Counted from the first letter of the stretch, positions 8,795 through 19,220 are shown. The stretch is DNA of 52,690 nt from Nitrospirae bacterium CG2_30_53_67 (GCA_001873285.1 MNYV01000017.1:1-52690); one strand, 5' to 3'. The notes: generated by a model from the sequence alone, not told the origin. Translations and numbers: made by a program.

Positions 8795-9280
8795 TTAATG
8801 GGTGAATACGGCGCCCACCCCGATCCCTAAATGGATATCGGAAGTTGTTTTTGGATCCCACAACCGGTCGTATAGACGATGGATCACCGGATAGCCATAA
8901 CGGATCTCACCTAAAGGGCGCTCTTGATAACCCTGGACCTCGCCGACCACGGTGATGGCTCTCCCCTTGGCATATCGGACGGGTTCGGCATATCCCGGAT
9001 ACCCAATAAGAAAACGGCCTCGGGTCTGGTCCAGATCTTCAGGGCGGTTCCCTGAATCGAGAGGGGATTCAATCACTTCGATATAGGTTCCTTCCGGGAT
9101 ATTGGAAACCTCCTGAATATATCCACCCCAGGCCACTGTAACGCCGATATATTTTTGAATGTTTGATTTCACTATCGGGTAAGTTGCAGATCGGTCGATC
9201 TTGGAGAGATACTCCATGGGAATGGCCGGGGTACACCCGGTAATAAAAATTAAACAGGCGGCAATATATAAAAACTTCAT
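8795..9280 (-). CDS. Slp-family outer-membrane lipoprotein
   Basis: 161 aa. Lipobox ITGC, and YIGVTVAWGGYIQEV is typical of the Slp/YeaY family. Confidence 0.75.
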   Translation of the reverse strand: MKFLYIAACLIFITGCTPAIPMEYLSKIDRSATYPIVKSNIQKYIGVTVAWGGYIQEVSNIPEGTYIEVIESPLDSGNRPEDLDQTRGRFLIGYPGYAEPVRYAKGRAITVVGEVQGYQERPLGEIRYGYPVIHRLYDRLWDPKTTSDIHLGIGVGAVFTH

Positions 9281-9503
9281 AACCTTATCATCTCATTTTC
9301 ATCCACTCTACCTTTGCTCCGGATAAAAGTCAAACCAAAATCCACATGCGAATGGAGCGATAAAATCCTATCTATATACCCATACCCTCATGGATCGGGA
9401 GGCGCCGCAAGTCACGTCCATGCTCTCGTTGGTTAAAAAACATGGAGGCTTAGGCGGAGGGTTCCGGCCGTTTCTATCACCCGGATTGGGACCGCCTTAC
9501 ATC

Positions 9504-9532
9504 TTGACAAGCAAGGATCAATGCTCTACTAT
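9504..9532 (+). promoter_or_regulatory. Putative sigma70 promoter of the polyprenyl synthase gene
   Basis: TTGACA (9504-9509), 17-nt spacer, TACTAT (9527-9532), 25 nt upstream of the ATG at 9557. Confidence 0.5.
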
Positions 9533-9556
9533 CACGTTATTTTATAGGGAATTTTT

Positions 9557-10531
9557 ATGGAAATCGGGGAAGTCTGGAAAAGCTTAGAGAAGGATTTGGC
9601 GGATGTCGAAGCGTGCATCATCACCCATCTTGCGTCCAAGGCCCCGTTGATCCCGGAGGTGGGGTTTCATCTTCTCAAAGGAGGGGGAAAGCGGATCCGG
9701 CCTCTGTTGCTCCTGCTTTCAGCCAGGGCCTGCGGATACAGGGGAAACAGGCATTACCTCCTTGCCGGCATCATCGAATATATCCACACCGCATCTCTGC
9801 TCCACGATGACGTGGTCGATGAGGCCAACATGCGCAGGGGACAAAAGTCGGCTAACCGGGTCTGGGGGAATCAGGCCAGCATTCTGGTGGGAGATTTTCT
9901 CTACTCCAAGGCCCTTTACCTTGCCGTACGAGAGCATAACCAGCAGATCATGGACGTCCTGTCGGAGGCGACCACGACCATGTCCGAAGGCGAAGTGATG
10001 CAGCTCGCCCATATCGGGAACGTCGGTATTACGGAAGAGGAATACATCGAGGTCATCACCTATAAAACGGCGGCCTTGATATCCGCAGCCTGCCGCCTTG
10101 GGACCATTATTGCAGGGGCGCCCCAGGAGATCCGGAACGCCATGACGGCTTTTGGCATGAATATCGGCATCGCGTTCCAGTTGATCGATGATGCGCTCGA
10201 CTATTCCGCCGAGGAGCGCAAACTCGGGAAACAGGTAGGCAAGGATCTTCTCGAAGGGAAGATCACCCTGCCGCTGATCCATACCCTGATGAAATCCGGC
10301 AAGGAGGAGTCTCAAAGGCTGGTCCGGATTTTTAAAAACCGCCGGCCCAAGCCCGAGGATGTTGAATTCGTCTTCGAGTGCATCGCGAACGACAAGGGGG
10401 TGGAATATACAATGGAAAAAACCCAGGGATATATCAAAAAAGCCAAGGCATCCCTGGACTGCTTTGAGCCTTCTCCTGCAAAGAACGCCCTTCTTGCCGT
10501 CTCTGATTTCATTTACAAGCGAGAGCTATAG
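9557..10531 (+). CDS. ispB: Long-chain polyprenyl diphosphate synthase (IspB/octaprenyl or heptaprenyl type)
   Basis: 324 aa. Both Asp-rich motifs are present (LLHDDVVDEANMRRG and FQLIDDALDY). Confidence 0.88.
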   Translation: MEIGEVWKSLEKDLADVEACIITHLASKAPLIPEVGFHLLKGGGKRIRPLLLLLSARACGYRGNRHYLLAGIIEYIHTASLLHDDVVDEANMRRGQKSANRVWGNQASILVGDFLYSKALYLAVREHNQQIMDVLSEATTTMSEGEVMQLAHIGNVGITEEEYIEVITYKTAALISAACRLGTIIAGAPQEIRNAMTAFGMNIGIAFQLIDDALDYSAEERKLGKQVGKDLLEGKITLPLIHTLMKSGKEESQRLVRIFKNRRPKPEDVEFVFECIANDKGVEYTMEKTQGYIKKAKASLDCFEPSPAKNALLAVSDFIYKREL

Positions 10532-10560
10532 CCTCGTTAACCCTTGGCAGATTTTATTGA

Positions 10561-11562
10561 ATGAAACCTTTTCGATGCCTGGTCATCTTCATTCTCCTCC
10601 TGCTGCCGGCAGGCGCTGCAGGATGCAGCCCCTCAGCATCGCCCTTAACCACCAGGGAGCAGATGCTCATGGGAACGCTGGTGAGCATCTCCATCTCCGG
10701 AGCCGAACCGAATCTGGCCGACCGGGCCGAAGACCTTGCCTTTCATGAGATCCGCCGCATAGAACAGGTCATGAGCACCTATATCCCTGAAAGCGATATC
10801 TCTTTGATCAACCGTTCAGCCGGCAAGGCGTGGAGGCCGGTCGACCCTGAACTGCTTTTTGTGATTCAGGAATCCCTCCGGTACAGCCGTCTCTCAAACG
10901 GCGCTTTTGACATCACCTTCAAGCCGCTCTCAAACCTCTGGCCTATGGAGCCGGACAGCCGCCCGCCGTCCGAAGAGGAGATCCGGAAGGTTCTTCCTCT
11001 GATCAACTATCACGACGTGCTGATGGATGATCAGGGAAGGGTCTTGCTGAAGAAGCCCGGCATGTCCATCGGACTCGGCGGGATCGCCAAGGGGTATGCC
11101 GTGGACCGGGCCATGGCCGTTCTTAAGGCGCAAGGGATCAAAAACGCCGTCATCAATGCCGGTGGAGATCTCCTGGTGATCGGAAGACGTTCCGACCAAC
11201 AGCCATGGGAGATCGGGATACAGGATCCGAGAAACCGGAACACCCTGATAAAAAAGATGCCGATGACGAACTGTGCCATAGCCACGTCCGGGGACTACGA
11301 ACGGTTCTTCATCTATAACGGTGTCCGGTATCATCATATCATGGACCCGAGGACAGGCTATCCGGCGCAGGGATGCCGGAGCGTCACCATCATCTGCCCC
11401 ACAGTCATTATGGCCGATGCCGTGGCCACTGCGGTCTTTGTCCTCGGGCCTGAAGCCGGAATGGCATTGATTGATAAAATCCCCGATGTGCAGGGGTTGA
11501 TCGTGGACGAACTTGGAGAGATCCACCCATCCAGGGATTTTGACCGGAGGCGTGTCCAATGA
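10561..11562 (+). CDS. apbE: FAD:protein FMN transferase (ApbE family) lipoprotein
   Basis: 333 aa. Lipobox AAGC and the ApbE core (GGIAKGYAVD, TSGDYERFF, HHIMDPRTG). Confidence 0.88.
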   Translation: MKPFRCLVIFILLLLPAGAAGCSPSASPLTTREQMLMGTLVSISISGAEPNLADRAEDLAFHEIRRIEQVMSTYIPESDISLINRSAGKAWRPVDPELLFVIQESLRYSRLSNGAFDITFKPLSNLWPMEPDSRPPSEEEIRKVLPLINYHDVLMDDQGRVLLKKPGMSIGLGGIAKGYAVDRAMAVLKAQGIKNAVINAGGDLLVIGRRSDQQPWEIGIQDPRNRNTLIKKMPMTNCAIATSGDYERFFIYNGVRYHHIMDPRTGYPAQGCRSVTIICPTVIMADAVATAVFVLGPEAGMALIDKIPDVQGLIVDELGEIHPSRDFDRRRVQ

Positions 11563-12059
11563 AACAGAGATTAAAAGGAAAAACCGTTTCCGAGTCCATG
11601 GTCGAAAGCACGGAATTGGTCCAGCCCAATGATGCCAATCATCTGGGTAACGTATTCGGAGGCAAGGTCTTATCCATGATTGATCTGGCCGGCGCCATGG
11701 CCGCCATGCGCCATTGCCGTAAAATCGTGGTCACGGCATCCGTGGACCGCGTGGATTTCAAACATCCGATCAAGGTCGGCCACTTTGCCATCATCCGGGC
11801 GCGTCTCAATGCGGCCTTCAAAACCTCGGTAGAGGTGGAAGTGGAGATCTTCTCGGAGCACCCGACCACCGGCGAACGGAGGCAGACCTGCTCCGCACTC
11901 GTCACCTATGTTGCATTGGATGGGAAAGGATGTCCCGCCCGTGTCAATCCTCTGATCTGTATGAGCCGGGATGAGAAGGAACGGCAAAAACTCGCTGAGG
12001 CACGAAAAAGGCTGCGGGACAAGGCCCGGCGCCGCGATCTCGGGCCCTATGAGCCCTGA
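11559..12059 (+). CDS. Acyl-CoA thioesterase (hotdog fold, YciA-like), in the ybgC position of the tol-pal cluster
   Basis: 166 aa. ELVQPNDANHLGNVFGGKVLSMIDLAGAMAA matches the YciA/BFIT-type hotdog fold. It sits directly upstream of tolQ. Confidence 0.8.
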   Translation: MKQRLKGKTVSESMVESTELVQPNDANHLGNVFGGKVLSMIDLAGAMAAMRHCRKIVVTASVDRVDFKHPIKVGHFAIIRARLNAAFKTSVEVEVEIFSEHPTTGERRQTCSALVTYVALDGKGCPARVNPLICMSRDEKERQKLAEARKRLRDKARRRDLGPYEP

Positions 12060-12209
12060 ACCCGGCATGGACCGCAGCAACATCTTCGGCAATCCAATCT
12101 ATGAATCGAGATTCGGATCTTGACTTTAGATGACGAGGTATATTAAAGTTTCAAAAAGTTGTTGCAAAACAAGCTGCTGGAAAGAATACCTTTTGAAGGG
12201 ATAACCTCT

Positions 12210-12947
12210 ATGGAAGGCGCCGCAGTAACCCTTGGGAATAACGGAATACTCTCTCTGGTCATGCAGGCAGGCTGGGTGGTCAAGGGGGTTCTCCTGATCC
12301 TGCTGATATTCTCCGTGGCCTGCTGGGCCATCATTTTCTATAAATATCGTGTCATCCGTCTGGCCCGGATCCAATCGAACAATTTTCTCAAGGTTTTCTG
12401 GATGGATCATCCCCTGAATACCCTGATCCGTTCAGCCAAACAATATTCGGCCAGTCCCATCTCAAGACTCTTTGAGGCCGCATATGATGAGCTGAACAAG
12501 ATCATGCAAAAAGAGGCGTTATTAAAAAAGAAGTCTCAAAATTCTGAAGCGCATGTTGAAATGACGGGGATCACCGAGACCATGGGAATTGAGCGCATCA
12601 AACGGGCCCTGAACCGGGCAACCATCTCCGAGATCACGAGGCTGGAGCGATCCATCACCTTTTTAGCCACAACCGGCAGCACCTCGCCGTTTATCGGGCT
12701 TTTCGGCACGGTCTGGGGAATCATGAGCGCCTTCCGCGGGATCGGCGCCCGGGGGTCGGCCAGCCTGGCCGTGGTCGCTCCGGGGATCTCCGAGGCCTTG
12801 GTGGCTACAGCCGCAGGGCTTGCCGCGGCAATTCCTGCGGTCGTGGCCTATAACCATTTTGTTCGCAAGATCCGGGTTCTTGCCAATGAGATGCAAAACT
12901 TTTCTTCCGAATTCATTACGATCGCGGAAAAATACTTGGAGAAGTAA
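12210..12947 (+). CDS. tolQ: Tol-Pal system protein TolQ (MotA/TolQ/ExbB proton channel)
   Basis: Three TM segments and the conserved TTGSTSPFIGLFGTVWGIM region. The ORF opens at 12159, but the ATG at 12210 gives a normal N-terminus. Confidence 0.9.
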   Translation: MEGAAVTLGNNGILSLVMQAGWVVKGVLLILLIFSVACWAIIFYKYRVIRLARIQSNNFLKVFWMDHPLNTLIRSAKQYSASPISRLFEAAYDELNKIMQKEALLKKKSQNSEAHVEMTGITETMGIERIKRALNRATISEITRLERSITFLATTGSTSPFIGLFGTVWGIMSAFRGIGARGSASLAVVAPGISEALVATAAGLAAAIPAVVAYNHFVRKIRVLANEMQNFSSEFITIAEKYLEK

Positions 12948-12970
12948 AACCTTTTTTTCAAGAACGGACC

Positions 12971-13386
<416 letters not shown>

Positions 13387-13390
<4 letters not shown>

Positions 13391-14211
13391 TGGTGATCAG
13401 GTTTCGCCCTTTTGAAGAAACCGAATTTGACAGGGATTTCTGGCGGATGTTTTGGGTCTCCCTGGCCCTTCACCTTGCCGTAATCTTTTTCATTGCCCTT
13501 GCCCGGAAGATCGCCCCACTTCCCATTTATTATGCCCCGCCTTCGGCTACGACCGTGGATCTGGTTTCCATGGCCGGGCAGGCGCAAAAGAAGGCCGAGG
13601 CCCCGGCCCCGCCACAGGAAAAGGCGGTGATGGTTCCTCCGAAACCAAAGGCTGAGGAGAAGATCCTCATACCCGATGTGAAGAAGGAGAAAAAAGCCCC
13701 GGAAATAGTCAAGAAGGCCGCGCCTGAGGCGGAAAAGGCGGTCAAGAAAAAACCGGTTCCTGAAAAACCGCCGGACAAGGACTACAGTAACAAGGATATC
13801 CGGTCCGCCATTGAGAACCTGAAGAAAAAGATATCCGAAAAGGATGGGGGGGCAGGGAGCGTGGCAGGCCAGGGCCAGCAGCAGGCCATTGCCGGCCGGG
13901 GCGCCATATCCAGCCGGCTGATGGAGATCCGGTATAAAACCTACTATAGCACAATCTGGGAGATTATCCGCGACGCATGGATCATCCCCCAAGGCATATC
14001 CATTGAACGCGATATGGAAACCGTGATCGGCATCGTGATAGAAAAAAATGGGAAAATATCGGACATCACCATTGAAAAAAACTCAGGGAACCAGGCCTTT
14101 GATGATTCGACCATCCGGGCCATTGAAAAAAGCAGCCCCCTTCCACCGATTCCAGGCGAGGAAGAAGAGCTTCCGGTGGGTATCCGTTTTACTCCAGAGG
14201 ATTATCAATGA
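13387..14211 (+). CDS. tolA: TolA-like protein (TM anchor, Lys/Pro/Ala/Glu-rich linker, TonB-C-like domain)
   Basis: 274 aa. Domain order and its position between tolR and tolB. Start overlaps the tolR stop. Confidence 0.8.
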
Positions 14212-15551
14212 ATAGACATCTTACCCCCTATCTGAAAAAAGTTGCCGTTCTGGCCATGACCTCCATATTTTTTCTTTTTCTCTCGGATGCTTCGGCCGAT
14301 CCCAAGATCTACCTGGATATCAATGCCCCGGTTATCCGGAGGCTCCCTGTGGCCATCCAACTCTTCAAGGATTTGAAACAGGCTCCTGAGGACCTCCCCA
14401 TCGGGAAGGAGCTTCATGAGACCTTAAGCGACGACTTGTCCTTTTCCGGGCTGCTCCAGATCCTGGATCCCACGAGCTTCATTGAAGACCCCGCTGCTTC
14501 GGATACCGATCCGTCCAAGATCCGCTTCGAAGACTGGCGGATCGTGGGTGCCGATGTCCTGATCAAGGGAACCTATCTTCGGAGCGGAGACCAGCTCCAG
14601 ACCATATTTTATCTCTATGATGTGATCCTGCAAAAGCAGATTCTTGCGAAAAAATATTACGGCAAGGTCAGCGAGGTTCGAAGGATGGCCCATCGTTTTG
14701 CAAACGAGATCATCAAACAGATCACCGGAGAGGAAGGGGCCTTCGATACCCGGATCGTCTATCTCTCCATTGCCGGCGGTTTCTATGAGATCCATATCAT
14801 GGACTACGACGGTTATAATGACCATGTCAGTCTGAAGGAAAAACCCATCATCGTTGCGCCCAAATGGTCTACAGACGGCGAAAAGATCGTTTTTACCTCA
14901 TACAGGGAAAAGAATCCCGACCTCTATCAGATCATCGCACAGACCGGCGAAGTCCAGAAAATTTCCGGGGAACCCGGCATCAATACAGGAGGCGTTTACT
15001 CGCCCGGAGGGGGAAGGCTGGCCTACGTCATGAGCAAAGAAGGCAATCCTGAGATCTATATTCTCGACAAGTACTCCAAAACCCCGAGGGCGATGACCAA
15101 AAACTTTGCGACGGATGTATCCCCAGCCTGGTCGCCGGACGGCAAACAAATCGCCTTCATGTCGGATCGGGCAGGGACTCCACAGATCTATATCATGGAT
15201 TACAGCGGCACAAACGTATCCAGGGTCACCTCCCAGGGTAAATACAATGCCTCGCCGGCCTGGTCTCCACGGGGGGACCGGATCGCCTTTTCCAGTCAGA
15301 CCAATGGGCATTTCCAGATCGCAACCATCAAGCCGGATGGGTCCCAGATGATCCTGCTGACGTCCAATGCCGGGAACAATGAGTACCCTTCCTGGTCGCC
15401 GGATGGACGGTTTCTCTGCTTCAGTTCCACACTGGGCGGGAAACCGGACATTTATATCATGAACGCCAATGGCACAAATCTTCGTAAAATCACCTCAAAT
15501 CCGGCTAAAAATACGGCGCCCAACTGGTCGCCAGGCATTTCTGTTGAATAA
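14208..15551 (+). CDS. tolB: Tol-Pal system beta-propeller protein TolB
   Basis: 447 aa. Signal peptide and repeated P-x-WSPDG blades (PAWSPDGKQIAF, PAWSPRGDRIAF, PSWSPDGRFLCF). Confidence 0.93.
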   Translation: MNRHLTPYLKKVAVLAMTSIFFLFLSDASADPKIYLDINAPVIRRLPVAIQLFKDLKQAPEDLPIGKELHETLSDDLSFSGLLQILDPTSFIEDPAASDTDPSKIRFEDWRIVGADVLIKGTYLRSGDQLQTIFYLYDVILQKQILAKKYYGKVSEVRRMAHRFANEIIKQITGEEGAFDTRIVYLSIAGGFYEIHIMDYDGYNDHVSLKEKPIIVAPKWSTDGEKIVFTSYREKNPDLYQIIAQTGEVQKISGEPGINTGGVYSPGGGRLAYVMSKEGNPEIYILDKYSKTPRAMTKNFATDVSPAWSPDGKQIAFMSDRAGTPQIYIMDYSGTNVSRVTSQGKYNASPAWSPRGDRIAFSSQTNGHFQIATIKPDGSQMILLTSNAGNNEYPSWSPDGRFLCFSSTLGGKPDIYIMNANGTNLRKITSNPAKNTAPNWSPGISVE

Positions 15552-15700
15552 AAAATTCTTTAAAAAAACTGTTTACAAATTAAATTTCTGTATTATACTT
15601 AACCATGTTTGAAAAGGGTGGTACAGCCACGGGGAACAAAGAGGTGGTCTTTTTGTATCTTTGTGGTATTTTTTTTCAACAAGAGAAGGAGGAGCAGCAT

Positions 15701-16210
15701 ATGAAGAAGAACAGATGGATGTCTTTTAGTATCATGGCCATGGCGGTCGTACTCTTATTCGCCTTTGGCGGTTGCGCGAAGAAAGTGGACACGACCAAAT
15801 CAGCCGCAGGGGAAGAAGGCGCCGGCACAGGCATGAAACAAGGCGGTATGGGCTCTGAAGAGATCGAGGCGATCCAACCCAAGGAACTCAAGGATATCTC
15901 TTTTGATTTCGACCGTTTTGATCTCTCTCCGGAAGCGCGTGCAACCCTGGCCGACGATGCTGCATGGCTTGAAAGCAATCCTAATGTCAAGGTGGCGGTT
16001 GAGGGTCACTGCGATGAGCGGGGCACCAATGAATACAACATCGCCCTGGGAGACAGAAGGGCAAAAAGCGCCTATAATTATCTGATCAATTTAGGGATCA
16101 AGGCCGACCGCCTCTCCACCATTTCGTACGGCGAGGAAAAACCCCAGTGTACGGAACATGAAGAGTCCTGCTGGTCGAAAAACAGACGGGCACACTTGTC
16201 CGCGAAGTAA
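15701..16210 (+). CDS. pal: Peptidoglycan-associated lipoprotein Pal (OmpA family)
   Basis: The ATG at 15701 is preceded by AAGGAGG. Lipobox FGGC and an OmpA-like domain (EGHCDERGTNEYNIALGDRRA). The ORF is open from 15605. Confidence 0.92.
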   Translation: MKKNRWMSFSIMAMAVVLLFAFGGCAKKVDTTKSAAGEEGAGTGMKQGGMGSEEIEAIQPKELKDISFDFDRFDLSPEARATLADDAAWLESNPNVKVAVEGHCDERGTNEYNIALGDRRAKSAYNYLINLGIKADRLSTISYGEEKPQCTEHEESCWSKNRRAHLSAK

Positions 16211-16278
16211 CTCACAGCTTGGATGTTGAGATTGAAAGAAACCGATAAGCCCAGAGGCACGCTTTAAGGGGAACCGCC

Positions 16279-17166
16279 TTGACGAACATGCACCGAATCC
16301 GGCAGTGGATGATCTTGTCCATGGTAATAGGCCTGTTTTGCGGCTGTGCGGCAATGAACCAGGACGCGCGCATTAACTTTCTTGAAGGACAAATGAAAGA
16401 CGTCCTGCAGAAATCCGCTGAATGGGATGTGTCATCCAAGGATGTCCGCAGGAAGATGGCGGATTTTTCTTCTCAGACGGACTCGATTCAGAATCAAATC
16501 CAGCAGCTTGCCGGACGAGTTGACGAGATTCAGGATAGAAGCGACACTCGTGTGAATACTGCCCCTGTACAACAAGGGATTTCGGAGGAGATTCGGAACC
16601 TGAAGGAACATCTTTCATTCTTAGAAGCCAGAGTGGCGGAACTGGAAAAAACCCTTTCTCCCACAAAGCCGATGAACATGGAGATTCCTTCATCAACCGG
16701 CCCCTCCGAATCCCCTCTGGCGCCTCCACCGGCGGCTGAAATCGAGAGACCGCCTGCGCTGCCGATTGAAGAAACACGGAAAGAGTCCTCACCCCCTGAG
16801 GACGAGCGGGCATACAACGAAGCCATGGATGCAATGAAGCAGAGACAGTATGAGAAGGCCATCCGACAGCTTCGCAGCTTTATCAAGAAATATCCGGGGA
16901 ATGAACTCAATGACAATGCCCAGTACTGGATAGGTGAATCTTACTTTGCGCAGAAGAAGTATGAGGAGGCCATCATCGAGTTCGAAGAAGTGATCACGCA
17001 ATATCCCAAGGGGGAAAAGATCCCGGCCGCCTTGCTCAAGGAAGGGCTTTCATTCCAGGAGCTCAAAGATACCAGCATGGCCCGCCAACTCCTGAAGAAG
17101 CTAGTTGATCAATATCCTGACGCGGAAGAAGCGAAGATGGCCAGGCAGAAATTGAAACAGCTATAG
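16279..17166 (+). CDS. cpoB: Tol-Pal-associated cell-division coordinator CpoB/YbgF (coiled coil + TPR)
   Basis: 295 aa. N-terminal coiled coil and C-terminal TPR block (AQYWIGESYFAQKKYEEAIIEFEEVITQYP). Last gene of the tol-pal cluster. Confidence 0.85.
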   Translation: MTNMHRIRQWMILSMVIGLFCGCAAMNQDARINFLEGQMKDVLQKSAEWDVSSKDVRRKMADFSSQTDSIQNQIQQLAGRVDEIQDRSDTRVNTAPVQQGISEEIRNLKEHLSFLEARVAELEKTLSPTKPMNMEIPSSTGPSESPLAPPPAAEIERPPALPIEETRKESSPPEDERAYNEAMDAMKQRQYEKAIRQLRSFIKKYPGNELNDNAQYWIGESYFAQKKYEEAIIEFEEVITQYPKGEKIPAALLKEGLSFQELKDTSMARQLLKKLVDQYPDAEEAKMARQKLKQL

Positions 17167-17655
17167 TCCTTTGCCCTTGACGCCCCGCATCAATCTCTGA
17201 ACCCATTTGATTTCTCGGATGTTTTTATAGAACCTCTCCTTCCGGTTCCGGCGCAGGAATTTTTTTAACAGGGCGAGATCCGTCTCGGAAATTTTTCTGA
17301 TCTTAACCCCCACATTATATCGGCAGAAATCCCCCGGCTCAGAAAGATTGTACCAGCATGCCGACCCTTGAATCAGAATTTCACTCTGATCGGGAAGCTG
17401 AATCCTGACCTCCAGGGTATTGTCCGCTCCCCCTGAACTGCCGGCCAGAACATGAAGATCCTCCACCATGGTCATGTCTGTGGCCATACAAAAGCCGGAG
17501 ATAGAGAGATTCTTGACCGACACAGGAATGCGTTTGGTCCTTCTGCCTGTCCTGCCGCAGATAATACAGAAACTGACCTTGAGGTTGGCCTCTAACCGGC
17601 TGGCCGACCTCCTTTCTTCGGAAACTTTATTTTGACCCTTCACGGAAGTTCCCAT
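17161..17655 (-). CDS. PilZ-domain protein (putative c-di-GMP receptor)
   Basis: 164 aa. Has an RxxxR motif (RRSASR) followed by N-x-S-x-x-G (NLSISG). Confidence 0.7.
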   Translation of the reverse strand: MGTSVKGQNKVSEERRSASRLEANLKVSFCIICGRTGRRTKRIPVSVKNLSISGFCMATDMTMVEDLHVLAGSSGGADNTLEVRIQLPDQSEILIQGSACWYNLSEPGDFCRYNVGVKIRKISETDLALLKKFLRRNRKERFYKNIREIKWVQRLMRGVKGKGL

Positions 17656-17734
17656 GCGTCCGCGCCTTTCGATTTTTTACAATAAAGGATTTGAAAAATA
17701 AACTCAACTTATTTTTTCAATACGCATTCTGCAC

Positions 17735-17763
17735 TTGATACCGTGCCGTTTTATGTGTAAAAT
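17735..17763 (+). promoter_or_regulatory. Near-consensus sigma70 promoter upstream of a small basic ORF
   Basis: TTGATA (17735-17740), 17-nt spacer, TAAAAT (17758-17763). Confidence 0.5.
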
Positions 17764-17824
17764 GAACCGGCAACAAAACAAAACCGGTTTCATCACATCC
17801 TCTCGCACCATTCGAAGGAGCCTT

Positions 17825-17908
17825 ATGGGGAAACAATACAACAAAACAGAAAAGAGAAAACGAAGAAAAGCAAGAATCAAACGGCTTAAGCAAAAAAAGA
17901 AAAAATAG
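17825..17908 (+). CDS. Candidate 27-aa highly basic small protein (below the ORF-track cutoff)
   Basis: ATG at 17825 is preceded by GAAGGAG (17814-17820). It translates to MGKQYNKTEKRKRRKARIKRLKQKKKK with a stop at 17906-17908. A promoter-like site lies 60 nt upstream. Confidence 0.4.
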   Translation: MGKQYNKTEKRKRRKARIKRLKQKKKK

Positions 17909-17917
17909 GAGAGGCTT

Positions 17918-18589
17918 CTAACGAGATACGCCTTGACCGGGAAGAAGTTCCAGAAAATAGATAATAGAAGGGAATTCCGAAGACCCGCGAATGGGCGCCT
18001 GTGTGCTTGGGCGAGCGACAAAAACAAGGTGACGGATACCGGCCTGCCTCGCAGAACGGAGATTGGCTTCGCTGTCTTCGGCCAGAAGCGCACGGTCCTT
18101 ATCAAAACCGAGATGGGACACCAAGGCCTTCCAAAACATAGTATCCTCCTTTGGAACGCCGAAATCATGAGCGGAGATAATCTCATGGAAAAAAGGCCCG
18201 AGAAGGGTCTTCTTCATCTTCAGATCCAGGGTCTTCCCATGCGCATTCGTCACCAGGCAGATTTCCTTTCCTGCATCCCTTAGAAAACACAGAAACCGTT
18301 CTACATAAGGGTGCACCTGGATTAAGTGTTCAACCTGTGTCTTGAGAAAAGGGATGTCGAGACCCAGTTCCTCGGACCAGAAATCAAGATCGGTCCAGTT
18401 CAGCGTCCCTTCCTCTTTTTTGTATCGCGCCGTCAACTCCTTCGCGGCCCTTTCCGTGGAAATGCCGTTGGACTCGGCATACTCCCTCGGAACGAAGACC
18501 TCCCAGAAATAATCATCAAAGTACCGGTCGAGCAGAGTCCCGTCCATATCCAGGAGCACGGTATCGATCTCATCCCACGGCAGATGCAT
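17918..18589 (-). CDS. yrfG: HAD-superfamily nucleotidase, YrfG-like (GMP/IMP nucleotidase family)
   Basis: From the ATG at 18589 the protein reads MHLPWDEIDTVLLDMDGTLLDRYFDDYFW...LNWTDLDFWSEELGLDI...TNAH...FGVPKED. As I recall E. coli YrfG, the two are collinear. The ORF is open to 18664 but would then overlap the upstream gene. Confidence 0.75.
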   Translation of the reverse strand: MHLPWDEIDTVLLDMDGTLLDRYFDDYFWEVFVPREYAESNGISTERAAKELTARYKKEEGTLNWTDLDFWSEELGLDIPFLKTQVEHLIQVHPYVERFLCFLRDAGKEICLVTNAHGKTLDLKMKKTLLGPFFHEIISAHDFGVPKEDTMFWKALVSHLGFDKDRALLAEDSEANLRSARQAGIRHLVFVARPSTQAPIRGSSEFPSIIYFLELLPGQGVSR

Positions 18590-18641
18590 GAATTCATTCC
18601 CTTTCTCATGGAGCAGGCGTCCTTTCGAAGGGGATAGGAAT

Positions 18642-18956
18642 CTACAGAGTCCCCAAAATATCACGCTCCCGGACCATCACAAACTCCTCCCCCTTCACCT
18701 TAACCTCATCCACGCCGAATCTTCTGAAAAGGATCTTATCGTCAGGCTTCACCTCGATTTTAATGAATTTCTTCTCTCCGGTCAGGTTTCCCTTCTTGTC
18801 CCTCTCCTCTTCGTAACATCCTCTCCCTGCTGCCACAACGATTCCCCGCGTCGGCTTCTCCTTTGCAGAATCCGGAATCAAGATCCCACCGGAAGAACGA
18901 TTCTCGGAAGGTTCGGGCTTGATGAGCACCCAATCGTTCAAAGGACGTATTTTCAT
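18642..18956 (-). CDS. Orphan GroES/Cpn10-family co-chaperonin with an enlarged roof-hairpin region
   Basis: 104 aa. MKIRPLNDWVLIKP...SSGGILIPDSAKEKPTRGIVVAAG...ILF...ERDILG aligns with GroES. It carries about 10 extra residues (GCYEEERDKKGNLTGEKKFIKIEV) where GroES has its roof hairpin. No groEL is adjacent. Confidence 0.75.
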   Translation of the reverse strand: MKIRPLNDWVLIKPEPSENRSSGGILIPDSAKEKPTRGIVVAAGRGCYEEERDKKGNLTGEKKFIKIEVKPDDKILFRRFGVDEVKVKGEEFVMVRERDILGTL

Positions 18957-19081
18957 GGTAGAAATCCCTCCTTCATAATGATTGCAAACAAAATACCTTG
19001 AATATGATCATTCATAACAAAAAATCCATCAAATGGCAAGCTGGTTTTCAACTTCTTTTATTTTTTATGTTTTATTTTTTA

Positions 19082-19110
19082 TTGACAAGGAAAGAATGAT
19101 TTTATATAGT
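19082..19110 (+). promoter_or_regulatory. Putative sigma70 promoter of the tRNA cluster with an AT-rich UP-like tract
   Basis: TTGACA (19082-19087), 17-nt spacer, TATAGT (19105-19110), preceded by a T/A-rich run (19050-19080). It lies 110 nt upstream of tRNA-Lys. Confidence 0.55.
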
Positions 19111-19220
19111 TATTTTTTCTTTAGAAAGATCTTAAAGGCTTCCGGTCGGAAGAAAATTCCTTTTTGTGTTTGCAGAACGCATCATGCAATTTTAACCGCT
19201 CCCGGAGGATATTCATACTT

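Noticed and set aside
17704-18186. 160-aa minus-strand ORF
   Set aside because: It overlaps the YrfG-like gene out of frame and runs through the A-rich small-ORF region. It has no motifs.
19030-19050. TGGCAA-GCTGG-TTTTC as a sigma54 promoter
   Set aside because: The -12 element lacks the GC dinucleotide (TTGC). The site is followed by a good sigma70 promoter for the tRNA cluster. I found no convincing TGGCAC-N5-TTGC site by eye elsewhere in the intergenic regions.
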